From Schizochytrium sp. TIO01 (lineage: Eukaryota; Protista; Bigyra: Labyrinthulomycetes), in assembly GCA_004764695.1 (NCBI GenBank), contig SMSO01000032.1:434001-498000 (forward strand): a DNA stretch of 64,000 bases, in the 5' to 3' direction. A model generated the notes under the pieces. It did no database searches and was not told the DNA's origin. It was given only the letters and a program-made list of their open reading frames with translations. The position numbers were made by a program, and so were the translations under genes. Positions 12,509 to 23,184 of the stretch are shown here, in pieces; positions within the stretch are counted from its first letter, which is position 1, and every line of letters starts with the position of its first letter.

Positions 12509-14350
12509 ATGAAGAGAGCCTCGCTGACGGCAAGATTTCGCTCGTTGCGAACGAGCTCGAAGTCAGACGCTGGCGATGAGACAGCAAGGTCTATCACAGA
12601 CAGTCCAAGATCAAGCAAAAGGAGATCCTCTTCGGGTGCAACAACAGGATCCCGGGGCCATCAAATGGCATTCTCTGTAGCATCGCTACGAGCCGTACGG
12701 GATGCTCTTGTAAATGGGAAGATTGCTGGGAACGTTCAGCTTGCAGTTGCCATGGAGGATGTGAATTCTGACGTCATGAAGAATGAAACACTGATCCTAG
12801 TTGACGCTTCATCATTTCCAAATTTCAAATGCGCCCGCAAGATCAAGCCTAAACGTCGATTCAATGTACAAGCCAGTATCTTAAGGACTAAAAGTAAACA
12901 TGAATGGACAGTAGAGGACGTCGCTGATTTTGCAATGCAGGAAAAAGAGTGGGCGGAAATTGCCAAACCAATCCCATTCGAGGAGATTCCCACCGAAGAA
13001 GCTAGTGAGGACATCATCTGCATCTTAGTAGGCCCTACTTGCTCGTTTGACATGTTAGTAAAAGCTCTTGAAGATCTTGCGGACACTCGCGGTGTTCCTT
13101 ACACAGGTCTGAAGACCTACGTGAATCTATTACCAGGAGCTGGAATAAATATTGGCACAGTGTGGTCCCAAGATGTGCCCAAATGGTTTGCTGAGCCAAC
13201 CCCAATATTTAGTGAAGTTGCTCTTGTTGTTGATCGTTTTGCCTCCCCTGCCACAAGTATCACGATGGCTAACATGTGGGCGATCTATTATGCTACCAAA
13301 GATGACCGCCCTATTCACGTCATTGTGCCCGCTGATGTTCGAACATTGATGCGTCAACAGCTTCCAGAGCAAGCACAAAATGTATTTGCATGGATAAACT
13401 CCATTCGAATCGAGCACTGCAAACTTCCGTCATTCTGCAGTGCTGATTCTGAAGAATCGAAATGCGAAATGAATTTATCTGTGGAGCAAGATATTCTTGC
13501 TCGAGCCCGACAAACTGGATTGGGCCCTGTCACTAAAGCAACCAAAGATGCACTTCTTGAATGGGCTCTGCAAAATACCCGTGTAGTTCTTGATCGACTC
13601 AGTATTCGTTTGGTGCAAGAGAAAAATGGAAATTATAAACCAGAGGCTAGGGCGTATGCCATGCGCGCATTAATACTTGCAGAAACAGCTGCCTTAACGC
13701 TGCTCTCGGCAGCGCGCCCAGAAGAATCCTTGAGGTATCTTTCGGAAGCCCTACGTTTTCAGACGATTGCGGACCCGCATCCTTCAGCTCTGGCTACTAG
13801 CCAGCTTCTATGCCATCGTGCAAGGTGCTCCATGGAGTTGAAGCAATATCAGAATGGTTTAGTTGATGTAGAACGAGTTGACGGTATGCTTTCTGACCTA
13901 ACCGAACCACACGGCCCCAGCATTGGGCTTTGTCACATCGATGCATTACAAATCCTTGCTGACCTGAAACGCCGTTGTGGTGCACGAGAGGAAGCGGTCG
14001 AAGCACTCTCCAGACTTCTGGCTCTCAAGACTAAAATCTATGGTGAAGAGCATGTTGAGGTATTAGCGACTATGGAAGTTCTCGTAGAACTACAACTGGA
14101 GTTGCGACACGGCAGCTTTGCTATTCTTACTGCTGTCAAAGCATTGCAGCTCTCCAAGCATCTCAACGGCGAAAAACATCCTCATACTGCCCGTTGCTAT
14201 AATCTTATGGGTCGTGCGATGGCAATGCAAACCCGTAAAAATGAAGCTTTACAAATGTTGAGTAAAGCTATTGAGATTCATTTATCAATCTTTGGAGAAA
14301 ACGATCCTCGCCTTGCAGAGTTTCGACATGACTTAGCGAAGGTGAAATAA
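12509..14350 (+). CDS. TPR protein (kinesin-light-chain-type repeats) with a degenerate N-terminal HET/TIR-like domain
   Basis: C-terminal repeats YGEEHVEV, NGEKHPHTARCYNLMG and FGENDPR. The central region resembles the SHAW...RAWCxxE + TPR architecture but is degenerate. Confidence 0.75.
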   Translation: MKRASLTARFRSLRTSSKSDAGDETARSITDSPRSSKRRSSSGATTGSRGHQMAFSVASLRAVRDALVNGKIAGNVQLAVAMEDVNSDVMKNETLILVDASSFPNFKCARKIKPKRRFNVQASILRTKSKHEWTVEDVADFAMQEKEWAEIAKPIPFEEIPTEEASEDIICILVGPTCSFDMLVKALEDLADTRGVPYTGLKTYVNLLPGAGINIGTVWSQDVPKWFAEPTPIFSEVALVVDRFASPATSITMANMWAIYYATKDDRPIHVIVPADVRTLMRQQLPEQAQNVFAWINSIRIEHCKLPSFCSADSEESKCEMNLSVEQDILARARQTGLGPVTKATKDALLEWALQNTRVVLDRLSIRLVQEKNGNYKPEARAYAMRALILAETAALTLLSAARPEESLRYLSEALRFQTIADPHPSALATSQLLCHRARCSMELKQYQNGLVDVERVDGMLSDLTEPHGPSIGLCHIDALQILADLKRRCGAREEAVEALSRLLALKTKIYGEEHVEVLATMEVLVELQLELRHGSFAILTAVKALQLSKHLNGEKHPHTARCYNLMGRAMAMQTRKNEALQMLSKAIEIHLSIFGENDPRLAEFRHDLAKVK

Positions 14351-14649
14351 ATTCTACTTCGTCCAAGCATCACAAGATCCATGTAAATCAAGCTGAATTA
14401 CTGTTTTCTCATGCAAATAATCAGAGAATATGGCCGTCTTTCTTACGTTTTCTTTTTTCTTTGTTTTTTTAACAATGTAACATTCAACTTGTAAAGTTTG
14501 AAGATTTTTTTTATTTCTAGTGGGTCTTGGGTGCGTTGATTAGCAAGGAGATCTACACGAGTGGAGAGAAAATTGCACAGGTATATTTGGGTTGAATTTA
14601 ACATGAAAAGAAAGCCTCTAGGTGAGCGCTTTAGTCGCACAGATCCAAA

Positions 14650-16920
14650 TTAGGTTAGACACAATCTTCGCGTCTGTATGCACATGCACTTTCGCGAGGC
14701 AAGGGTAGTGAAATCATCATCATCGTTGACACTGGAGTTTCCACCGCTCATCTGAGATGCGCTGGAGCTCGACATGGAAGAACCTATTGATGCGGGATAA
14801 GAGATCATACTGCGAAGAATGCCATCTGGTTCAGAATCAAGCATAGAAACTGCTTTGCGTGCCGCATCAACTGGCACTACATTTTCAAGGCTCGGTAAAT
14901 CGAATTGTACAAGCGGGGTCAGGCGCAAAGTTTGTACCATCTCACCTTGCTTATCGTGTTGCTCGAGTTGCCATGAGCGCGCAGTGGGTAAACTGGCATC
15001 CCCCTTTACCCACGGAAGCTGCGAACGTAAAGGTACCAAAAACGTCTTGGCGTTTTCGTGACAAAGGCAAGCCTGCGCTAATTGCTTCGCTTCAATAAGT
15101 GGACATTGCACAGCAAGTGCTGTGGCAACCGTTTGAAGAGCATTGCGAAGCCGCACGAGATCAGGTATCGCATCAGCACCTTCTTGTGTGGCATCAGTTG
15201 AAAGAGATGGCATTTCCATGCCAATTTCAGAAAACCACCCCTCAAAGTCACGTTTAAGCTTGAAGGTTCCTAAGCGGATTAAGTGCTTAACCACAACCGC
15301 TTGCATGGTGGGTTGAATTTGATGCTGTGCAAAAATATTTGAAAAACTTGCAAAGGTCTGCGCACCATTGCTCACACTATCCACACTATTGGCTCCAGTG
15401 TTGGCTTGTCGCTGAACGACGTGACGACAGATGACACCTAACATGCTCATGTTTGACTTGTGAATGTAGGGTAGTAATCGTCCCTGGTCAAGTAAAGTCA
15501 CAAGTTCGCGTAGGGCATACATAATATCCTCAAGCTTATTCGCACGCGCAATGATCATAGTCCATAAATGTTCTGTGAAGTCAAGATTTGTACGGGGTTT
15601 CAGCATACGGTGGTCTGCGTCAAACACCCCTCCAAGATCAGAATCGTTAAGATCGATCTCATCTTGGTCTTGGAAAATATCCATGTCCCCATCGTCACCT
15701 CCGTTAGCCGCCTTGGAATTTGCATTCCGTACGCTACGCACACGTGAAAATAATGTGCCCGATACAGCCGAACGAAAGAACTCTTGCACCCTTCGCGCCC
15801 AAGTTGCGTCTGGCTCATAGACGTCAAGGTTAATAGCAGTTTCAGGCGTAAAATGGTGCAGTTGATTCAACACAATAAGACTCGAATCAGGTAAAAAGCT
15901 TGCACTAGCGCGATCAGAGGGAACGTTTTCACCGTCTAAATTCGTTCCTCTCACTAGTAAAAATGCTTGAGAAGGAATCAATGCAGGCGGACTTAGCAGT
16001 CGACATGGGGATGCGCGCGAACCAGCCCATTTCGCTAGCAAAGTTACACAGCCACTTGTATCAGCCACATTACCAAGGAGTTCATATGTAGCGGTTGCCT
16101 CCATCTTGAAGACATCCTTACCATCATCTTGAAAGGTTGATGCCAGCAACTGTGTGGTGAGTTGTCCATCGGCGCGCATGGACGTAGGGAGGTCAGAAGA
16201 GATCAGCGTGCATGCATCTTCGTCTGCACAGTCGTCACTCCAGGCTCCTAAAAGGGCTCCACGATCAGCTACGACAACGATAGGATCTTCCAGGTCAGGG
16301 GCAAGCTCAGCAAGTCTAGCTACAAGCTCTCGAGCAGTGGCCTCGTTGCCAACGGGTCTGGCGTTTCTCAGGATCACCCTGTGCGAAGCCAGAACCTCAC
16401 GCAGGATGTCCAAGTCCTCACGACGCAGTGCCTCGGCTCGCGAAATAGCTTGGTGATCATGCGCAGAGCCAACAACAACAATTTGGGCATCCTCTGGAAG
16501 CAAATCTGTGGGCTCAACAAGGCCAATAGCACATAGTTGTGCTAGTACAAATGGGTTTCCTGCATCTTCACAAGCCTGTGTCAGACCCGGATCTAGTCCA
16601 AAGCAAAGCCAGAAGCCTCCTTCACGAGTACTCTCGTTATCCTTTGAAAAGGGATTCTGCGAGCTAATTTTGTTGCCATTGTCAACGTTTTCACTTTGTG
16701 TAGTAGCGCTTTGAAGGCCCTCATTGTCCTGTGGTTTCTTAGACTTGGATTGTCGCAATGTCACAGCTGCTCTCAAAGCTGATGCAGCTGGGTGAAAAGT
16801 GGCTGGCCCAACCCTCAGAAATCCTACTCCACGATCATCATCCACGTGAACACAGCCATCTCCTAGTGCCAACAACTCGCTCGAGAGGCCCTCCGCTCGT
16901 GCGTCAACATCACGTCCCAT
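14650..16920 (-). CDS. ZWILCH: Zwilch-like RZZ kinetochore complex subunit
   Basis: The segments RTNLDFTEHLW...LDQGRLLPYIHKSNMSML and LIRLGTFKLKRDF match recalled conserved Zwilch C-terminal motifs (R.DLDF.E.LW; I.P.+H..N.S.L; L.EIG..KL..DY). Confidence 0.75.
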   Translation of the reverse strand: MGRDVDARAEGLSSELLALGDGCVHVDDDRGVGFLRVGPATFHPAASALRAAVTLRQSKSKKPQDNEGLQSATTQSENVDNGNKISSQNPFSKDNESTREGGFWLCFGLDPGLTQACEDAGNPFVLAQLCAIGLVEPTDLLPEDAQIVVVGSAHDHQAISRAEALRREDLDILREVLASHRVILRNARPVGNEATARELVARLAELAPDLEDPIVVVADRGALLGAWSDDCADEDACTLISSDLPTSMRADGQLTTQLLASTFQDDGKDVFKMEATATYELLGNVADTSGCVTLLAKWAGSRASPCRLLSPPALIPSQAFLLVRGTNLDGENVPSDRASASFLPDSSLIVLNQLHHFTPETAINLDVYEPDATWARRVQEFFRSAVSGTLFSRVRSVRNANSKAANGGDDGDMDIFQDQDEIDLNDSDLGGVFDADHRMLKPRTNLDFTEHLWTMIIARANKLEDIMYALRELVTLLDQGRLLPYIHKSNMSMLGVICRHVVQRQANTGANSVDSVSNGAQTFASFSNIFAQHQIQPTMQAVVVKHLIRLGTFKLKRDFEGWFSEIGMEMPSLSTDATQEGADAIPDLVRLRNALQTVATALAVQCPLIEAKQLAQACLCHENAKTFLVPLRSQLPWVKGDASLPTARSWQLEQHDKQGEMVQTLRLTPLVQFDLPSLENVVPVDAARKAVSMLDSEPDGILRSMISYPASIGSSMSSSSASQMSGGNSSVNDDDDFTTLASRKCMCIQTRRLCLT

Positions 16921-17821
16921 GGCGGCGGTTGCGAATTTGCTGTATACTTATTTAGTCCAGATTAGTAATTTATAATAGATAACCTACTACGCCTAGTTAT
17001 CAAATCTCTCTATTTTCATGAAGGTTATTATTATGTATACTACCATGACCTAAGTCGGTAATCGAAATTTTGGGAGGTTTATCACTAGCTTCTTTCAATC
17101 GTCTCGAAGAGCAGTTTTTGAGACTTGTCGTTGACTATAGCATCAGCATCACTTAATCTATTGAGGAAATGAGGAAATGCAAACTAGAGCTAGATTATTC
17201 TGGTTTTGTCCATACTATGAGAATTCTTGTTGTTGCCCAATTGTGACTTGTAGAAGAGAATAACCGCAACTTAAAGCGATGCCGAAGGGTAACAACAAGC
17301 TTGAGGGAGATCTCATAGCGGCTGAGGAATAGTCTAAGGCTACCAAAACATCCTTACGGCATTATCAAACTAATTGCAACTTGAACGATTCGAGTGAATT
17401 TATTTCTTGTTGAAAAATAGAAAAACGCATCTCCGTCATCATTGGTTTCGTCAAACTTCTCCGCGGATCTTACCTGTCGTCATGCTTTGCATATTCTTTC
17501 AATTAATCTTTCAGAGGTGTGAATAGATTCATGTGTTGCGTTCAACAGAAGAGCACTTCATAACTTGTATGAACTTATAGACCTTTACTTGTGATATATA
17601 TGATACTTAATAACTTATTCTCCTCACCCTTTTTGTTATAGACCTCTACCTGATCGCATAGTAAAAGCTTTGTTTCCATTTGTTCCATTCGTTCATTGAT
17701 TGGCGACTGGATAGAAAATCATTCCATAACAATCAATTCTCCATAAATTCCTAATCAGCCGAGTGCTGGACGCGAGCCGGGGTCGCTCCGGTTGCTTCCA
17801 CGGCGATAGGATTCGCAGACG

Positions 17822-20800
17822 ATGTTGGGATCGTCTCTCCTGCGCGGCAAAGGCAAGCGACTTCCCGCTCGGCTGCTGCAGTCACCTCCACAGCCACTTC
17901 AACGCCAACATCAACCTCGGCATCCCTCGACCTGGTTTCACTCGCTTTCCCGTCGGCCTCAGTCACATTCCAAAGCTAGCTTGAAGCTCAATACTTGGTA
18001 TGCGTCTTCTTCGCAATTTCTTCGTCAAGTTATCTTGCCATGGCAGCTCATTGAACGCAGAGCATTTTCCGCTAAGGACCTTGCTTCTCAATACGAACGC
18101 AAGACTCCAGAAGAACATGTTCTGTTACGACCTGGTATGTACGTTGGCAGCGTGGACGCCGTCGAGGAAGACCTCTTCCTTTTCAACAAACGTTCCAAAC
18201 GCATGGAACTTGAGAGAGTCTCATACTCTCCTGGTCTAGTCAAACTCTTCGACGAAATCCTCGTCAACGCCGCAGATAATGTTGAGCGCTCCAAGAAAAT
18301 GACTGCAATTCATATTGACGTGGACAAGAAACTTAACAAACTCACCGTGCGTAATGATGGTGCGGGAATTCCTGTGGTGATGCATGAGAAGGAGAAAGTG
18401 TATATTCCTGAGCTAGTGCTGGGCAACTTGCTGACTGGATCAAATTTTGATGACACAGTGGAAAGGTTCACGGGTGGAAGACATGGTTATGGTGCGAAAC
18501 TTGCGAATATTTTGTCAAATTATTTTCGTGTTGAGACCCTTGATGCAGAGCGCGGCCTGCTTTTTGAGATGGAGTGGGAGAACCACATGAAACCTGTTGG
18601 CTCTGGTGCCAAAATTACAGAACTCTCCAAAGCTGAGGTTGAAGCTCGTGGAGGAGGATACACCGAGGTTTCATTTATACCAGATCTGTCGGTCTTCAAT
18701 ATGAAAAAACTTGATCAAGGTACGCTCAAAGTTATTGACCGTCGAGCTCGTGACGTGGCCGGTCTGCTCTCACCCTCCATCCAGGTCTTTCTGGATGGAA
18801 AAGCAATCCCCGTAAATTCTTTTGAGGAATTCGCAGCCCTTTTCTTTCCTGAGACCAAATCGCAAGTCTTGAAGAATATGGCTACCTACACAGATGATAA
18901 GTGGCGTGTTCTGGTGCTCCGCTCGCCCTTGGAGGGTGATGCGCTTCAGCAAAGCTTTGTTAACCGCATGGCTACTTCTCGCGGTGGACAACACGTGAAT
19001 CACATTATGTCACAGATTGAGCCAGCTATCTTGGATGCGGTCACCAAGAAGATCCCCAAATCGTCTGAGGCTAAAATTACTCGCAAATCCATTCGCCAAA
19101 AAGTTGCCGTTTTTGTGGACTGCCGCATTCCCAACCCGTCATTTGACACGCAGGTCAAGGATAAATTAACATCCACAATCAACGCCAAAAGTGGGTGTAC
19201 GCTGAGCAAGGATTTTATGACATCCCTCGTAAAGAAAACCAAGATTGTCGACGGAATTGTTGCAGAAATCCTGGAAAAGGAAGAAAACGTTTTAGCACGT
19301 GCCCCTCGCAAGACTTCACGAAAGGCTATCTTGGGCATTCCTAAGCTTGAGGATGCAAACTGGGCTGGTACAAACCAATCAAAAGAAGCCACTTTGATTC
19401 TTACGGAGGGCGACTCTGCCAAAGCCCTTGCTGTGGCGGGTTTGCCTGTAGTTGGCCGTGACCGTTATGGTGTCTTTCCTTTGCGAGGCAAACTTTTAAA
19501 CGTTCGTGATGCTACCAAACGCGCCATTCTCAAGAACGAAGAGGTTAACAATCTCTGCGCAATCCTCGGTCTTGACTTTAAAAAGAAGTACACAACAGAG
19601 AAGGAGATCTCTACATTGCGCTACGGTCGCGTTATGCTTATGACCGATCAAGACTATGATGGCTCTCACATTAAAGGTCTTCTCATCAATCTCTTTCACT
19701 TCTTCTGGCCCGAGCTTATCAAGCGACCTGGATTCCTTTGCGAATTTGTGACTCCTCTGGTGAAAATTTCCCCAGGTCGCAAGTCGGAGGGTCGACTTAG
19801 TTTTTTTACCATGCAAGACTATGAAAAGTGGCTCATGTCAAATCCTAATAAACGAGGAAGCAACCTCAATGTCAAGTACTATAAGGGTCTTGGTACAAGT
19901 ACATCGGCAGAAGCCCGCGAATACTTTGGCAACCTTCCAAAACATGTCTTAGATTTTGCGTGGCCCTCTACGGAGGACACTAAGCAAAGCGCAAAGGCCA
20001 GGGCTGCGGATGCAGAAGCTGACCAACGTGATAGTGCCGTACTCACCGCCGAAAATGCTGGTGAGCTCATTGATCTTGCCTTTAATAAGAAACGTGCACA
20101 GGATCGTCGTGACTGGATTTCTTTGGCAATGAGACAGCAGGCGCTTGGAAACTTCCATTATGTGGATCACAGCGAGAGTCTTTTGCGTTTTGATGACTTC
20201 ATCAACCAAGAGTTAGTCTTGTTCTCTCAACATGACGTTGCGAGAAGTTTACCATCTTCTATTGACGGACTCAAGCCGTCGCAGCGCAAGGTTCTCTTTG
20301 CCAGCTTTAAACGGAACCTTGTATCCAAGGAACTCAAGGTCGCTCAGCTTGCTGGCTTTTGTGGCGAACAAACAGCATACCACCACGGTGAACAATCCCT
20401 GCACCAAACTATCATTAATATGGCACAAGATTTCGTAGGTAGTAATAACCTTCCATTGCTCTATCCGGCAGGTCAGTTTGGTACGCGTTTACAGGGTGGG
20501 CGCGATGCTGCTAGCCCGCGTTATATTTTTACGCGACTCCAATCTTATACACGAGCTCTCTTTCCAAAAGAGGATGATGCTCTGCTAGAACGTAACGAGG
20601 ACGACGGCATTCTTGTGGAACCTGTTGTTTACAAACCAGTCATTCCAATGGCTCTCATTAATGGTGCCGAGGGTATTGGCACAGGTTGGTCAACTTATGT
20701 TCCGGCACATAGCCCACTCGATGTCATCGCAAATGTACGACGTAAGATTCATGGCGAACCCATGATACCGATGAAGCCTTGGTATCATGGCTTTAAGGGT

Positions 20801-21697
20801 GAGATTAATCCGTTGAAGTCTACTAGCAAAGGTTTCCGATATTCTGAGGGTTTCGAAAGCTCCGGGATTATAGAGCGCGTCGCAACTACCCGAGCACGCA
20901 TCACAGAGCTACCCATCGGACGATGGACAGAGGACTTTAAAATCACCCTGCGCAACCTGGTGACTGAGGATGTCCTGACAGATTTCACTGAGCATCATGA
21001 TGAGCGCACTGTGTGCTTCGAAATAAAAGGAAAGAAGGACAACCTTGATAACATTTTGAAGGATTCTAGTGCCTTACGCACAACGTCACGCATGCTAGCA
21101 AGTAATATGCATCTCATCGATGGTGACGGCCGTGTGCAGAAGTTTACAACTCCCGAACAAATCATCGAAGCCTTTTATCCTGTCCGTCTAGACCTTTATG
21201 TGAAGCGTCGGGAAGTCATGTTGGCTGACATGCAGTATCGCGTGAAACGTCTTCAGAATCAAGCCAGGTTTGTGCGAGAGATTGGAGATGGGAAGCTTGT
21301 TGTACATGGCAAGTCAAAGGCTGCGATTTTGGAGTTATTAGAGACTAATGGCTTCCTTGCGGAACATGCTCTAGGCAACCCTGGCGATTCAAAGAATGCT
21401 ATTAAGACTTCTATTGATCCCCAAGATGCCCTCGAGGAAGAAGAGAAGGAGGATGAATCAGAGACTTCCGGGATTCCGGCTAATCTTACAAAAGGGGGTC
21501 TCGAGGCAAAGGCGTACGATTATCTTCTCAATATTCCGATATGGGATCTGACAAGGGAAAATGTCGACAAAATTGAACGTGAGCTTGTGGATATTGAAAA
21601 GGAATATGCTGATCTTCTTAAAAGCCGTGCCGAGGACCTTTGGCTGAGGGACTTGGACAACTTGGAAGAGTTGCTAGCAGGGTACCTTGCAGCATAA
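17822..21697 (+). CDS. TOP2: DNA topoisomerase II (type IIA), probably mitochondrion-targeted
   Basis: EHVLLRPGMYVGS, GHKL motifs (FDEILVNAADN, GGRHGYGAKL), TOPRIM motifs (TEGDSA, PLRGK, MTDQDYDGSH), YYKGLGTS and catalytic SPRYIFT. The N-terminus is Arg/Ser-rich and free of acidic residues, ending RRAFS. Confidence 0.97.
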   Translation: MLGSSLLRGKGKRLPARLLQSPPQPLQRQHQPRHPSTWFHSLSRRPQSHSKASLKLNTWYASSSQFLRQVILPWQLIERRAFSAKDLASQYERKTPEEHVLLRPGMYVGSVDAVEEDLFLFNKRSKRMELERVSYSPGLVKLFDEILVNAADNVERSKKMTAIHIDVDKKLNKLTVRNDGAGIPVVMHEKEKVYIPELVLGNLLTGSNFDDTVERFTGGRHGYGAKLANILSNYFRVETLDAERGLLFEMEWENHMKPVGSGAKITELSKAEVEARGGGYTEVSFIPDLSVFNMKKLDQGTLKVIDRRARDVAGLLSPSIQVFLDGKAIPVNSFEEFAALFFPETKSQVLKNMATYTDDKWRVLVLRSPLEGDALQQSFVNRMATSRGGQHVNHIMSQIEPAILDAVTKKIPKSSEAKITRKSIRQKVAVFVDCRIPNPSFDTQVKDKLTSTINAKSGCTLSKDFMTSLVKKTKIVDGIVAEILEKEENVLARAPRKTSRKAILGIPKLEDANWAGTNQSKEATLILTEGDSAKALAVAGLPVVGRDRYGVFPLRGKLLNVRDATKRAILKNEEVNNLCAILGLDFKKKYTTEKEISTLRYGRVMLMTDQDYDGSHIKGLLINLFHFFWPELIKRPGFLCEFVTPLVKISPGRKSEGRLSFFTMQDYEKWLMSNPNKRGSNLNVKYYKGLGTSTSAEAREYFGNLPKHVLDFAWPSTEDTKQSAKARAADAEADQRDSAVLTAENAGELIDLAFNKKRAQDRRDWISLAMRQQALGNFHYVDHSESLLRFDDFINQELVLFSQHDVARSLPSSIDGLKPSQRKVLFASFKRNLVSKELKVAQLAGFCGEQTAYHHGEQSLHQTIINMAQDFVGSNNLPLLYPAGQFGTRLQGGRDAASPRYIFTRLQSYTRALFPKEDDALLERNEDDGILVEPVVYKPVIPMALINGAEGIGTGWSTYVPAHSPLDVIANVRRKIHGEPMIPMKPWYHGFKGEINPLKSTSKGFRYSEGFESSGIIERVATTRARITELPIGRWTEDFKITLRNLVTEDVLTDFTEHHDERTVCFEIKGKKDNLDNILKDSSALRTTSRMLASNMHLIDGDGRVQKFTTPEQIIEAFYPVRLDLYVKRREVMLADMQYRVKRLQNQARFVREIGDGKLVVHGKSKAAILELLETNGFLAEHALGNPGDSKNAIKTSIDPQDALEEEEKEDESETSGIPANLTKGGLEAKAYDYLLNIPIWDLTRENVDKIERELVDIEKEYADLLKSRAEDLWLRDLDNLEELLAGYLAA

Positions 21698-22208
21698 GCC
21701 AGCTCATAAACCAACTCAATTTTTATCTCCTGTACCCAAGCGTTTCAACTCTCATCAAAAGCTGATTGTGTATATTTCGCCATTCAATTTCTATGTAGTG
21801 TGTACCGTCACCTATTTTCACTCCTGACTGAGCATTAAGTTGATGTTCATCTCCTCGTCTGACACAAGTATAAAAAAATTACGACTTGAAAGTTCAATTA
21901 ATAAGTACTGATAACATCTTCATTATCAAAATTTCTTATTATATTCACATTATATCATGATCAATACGGAGCGAAGGCTAACCAAGAAAGGTATCAACTT
22001 ATGAACTACCTAGACGAGTCCAGAATATACAAAAAAGAGTAAATGCACATGTATGTATAACAACAGGAAAATTAAAACTTTCGTATCAAACTATGACTTA
22101 AACTTGTCAAGAGGTCAAAGTTCCCCCTTAAAGATATAAAAACTTTTCCCTGCAGGGTTCCAAGTCCTAGGTTGGTGAATATGCCAACACTTTTAAAAAT
22201 CTATCTAA

Positions 22209-22610
22209 TTAATTTAATTCATTATTACTGAGTTTTTCAATGAGAGCAAGCTGATCAGCTTCAACCTTCTCTAATGAAGCGATTTGGGTTTCCAGACGTT
22301 CCAGCTCTGCTTCCTTCTCACGTAGCAAGAGCATATGCTGACGCTGTTTCGTCTTCCTTGTCTCAATTTCTGCATCCACCAAGTTGCGTTGGCCGATAGC
22401 ACGAAGTTTTTCCTTTTCAATAATCTGTGCTTGTGCATCCAAAACCTGGACAAATGTTTGAACGTTGTCTGTGAAGTCACCGACCTTGGTCGCAAAATCG
22501 CGGCATTCATCGCGCAGCTCGGCTGTGCTCTCGAACTTGTCTGCGTCAAACACACGAATGTTCGCTGCGTCATCAAAGGAGATGGTCACGTCCTTCAGCG
22601 GTTCACCCAT
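22209..22610 (-). CDS. IFT20: Intraflagellar transport protein 20
   Basis: 133 aa, FDDAANIRVFD start, IEKEKLRAIGQRN and a coiled-coil C-terminus typical of IFT20. Confidence 0.93.
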   Translation of the reverse strand: MGEPLKDVTISFDDAANIRVFDADKFESTAELRDECRDFATKVGDFTDNVQTFVQVLDAQAQIIEKEKLRAIGQRNLVDAEIETRKTKQRQHMLLLREKEAELERLETQIASLEKVEADQLALIEKLSNNELN

Positions 22611-23184
22611 CCTCTCTATAGGTTTCTTAGTTCTGAAGTACCACGAACAATCTGGCTGACCTTTGCCGACAAACCCTATGGCTTCCGCCCTTCAAGTATA
22701 AAGGTTTGCTGGAACTTGAGTTTCTGAGGTTTGCCAAATCAGCAGATGCAAAGCACTGTTGCCCAGTTCTGACCGACCCTACCCCAAACACAATGACAAC
22801 AACTACAAACTTTCGCTGCCGGCAGTTGCAAAGTCGCAACTGGGAAAGGAGGGATCCAATCCGTAAACCGAGTTCCTAGTTTCCTTTTCCGAGGGCAGAA
22901 AAGTCTCTTGATTCCGTCTGACGGAATCGGCGATTCGCAATAAAGCACTAGCTAGTCACATAGTACGTGCTATTATTTTGATGAAAATAGTCTAACGGCA
23001 CTTTTCTTTTCCATATTATGAGGCAACCTGGGACACAACTTATCGTGTTTAGAGCTATTCTGCAGAGTGAATGATAGGAATCGAGAGCGGAGTATAAAGC
23101 AAGCCATACTCAAATTGAGGGCTGCTTCAGGGATTGTCTAGTTAAAATTTGTGCCAAGCTCTGCGCTGGGTTCTAGTATCTACC

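Noticed and set aside
22823-22842. CAGTTGC-N6-GCAACTG inverted repeat upstream of IFT20, X-box-like
   Set aside because: Spacing does not fit the RFX X-box, and no similar element was seen upstream of IFT81.
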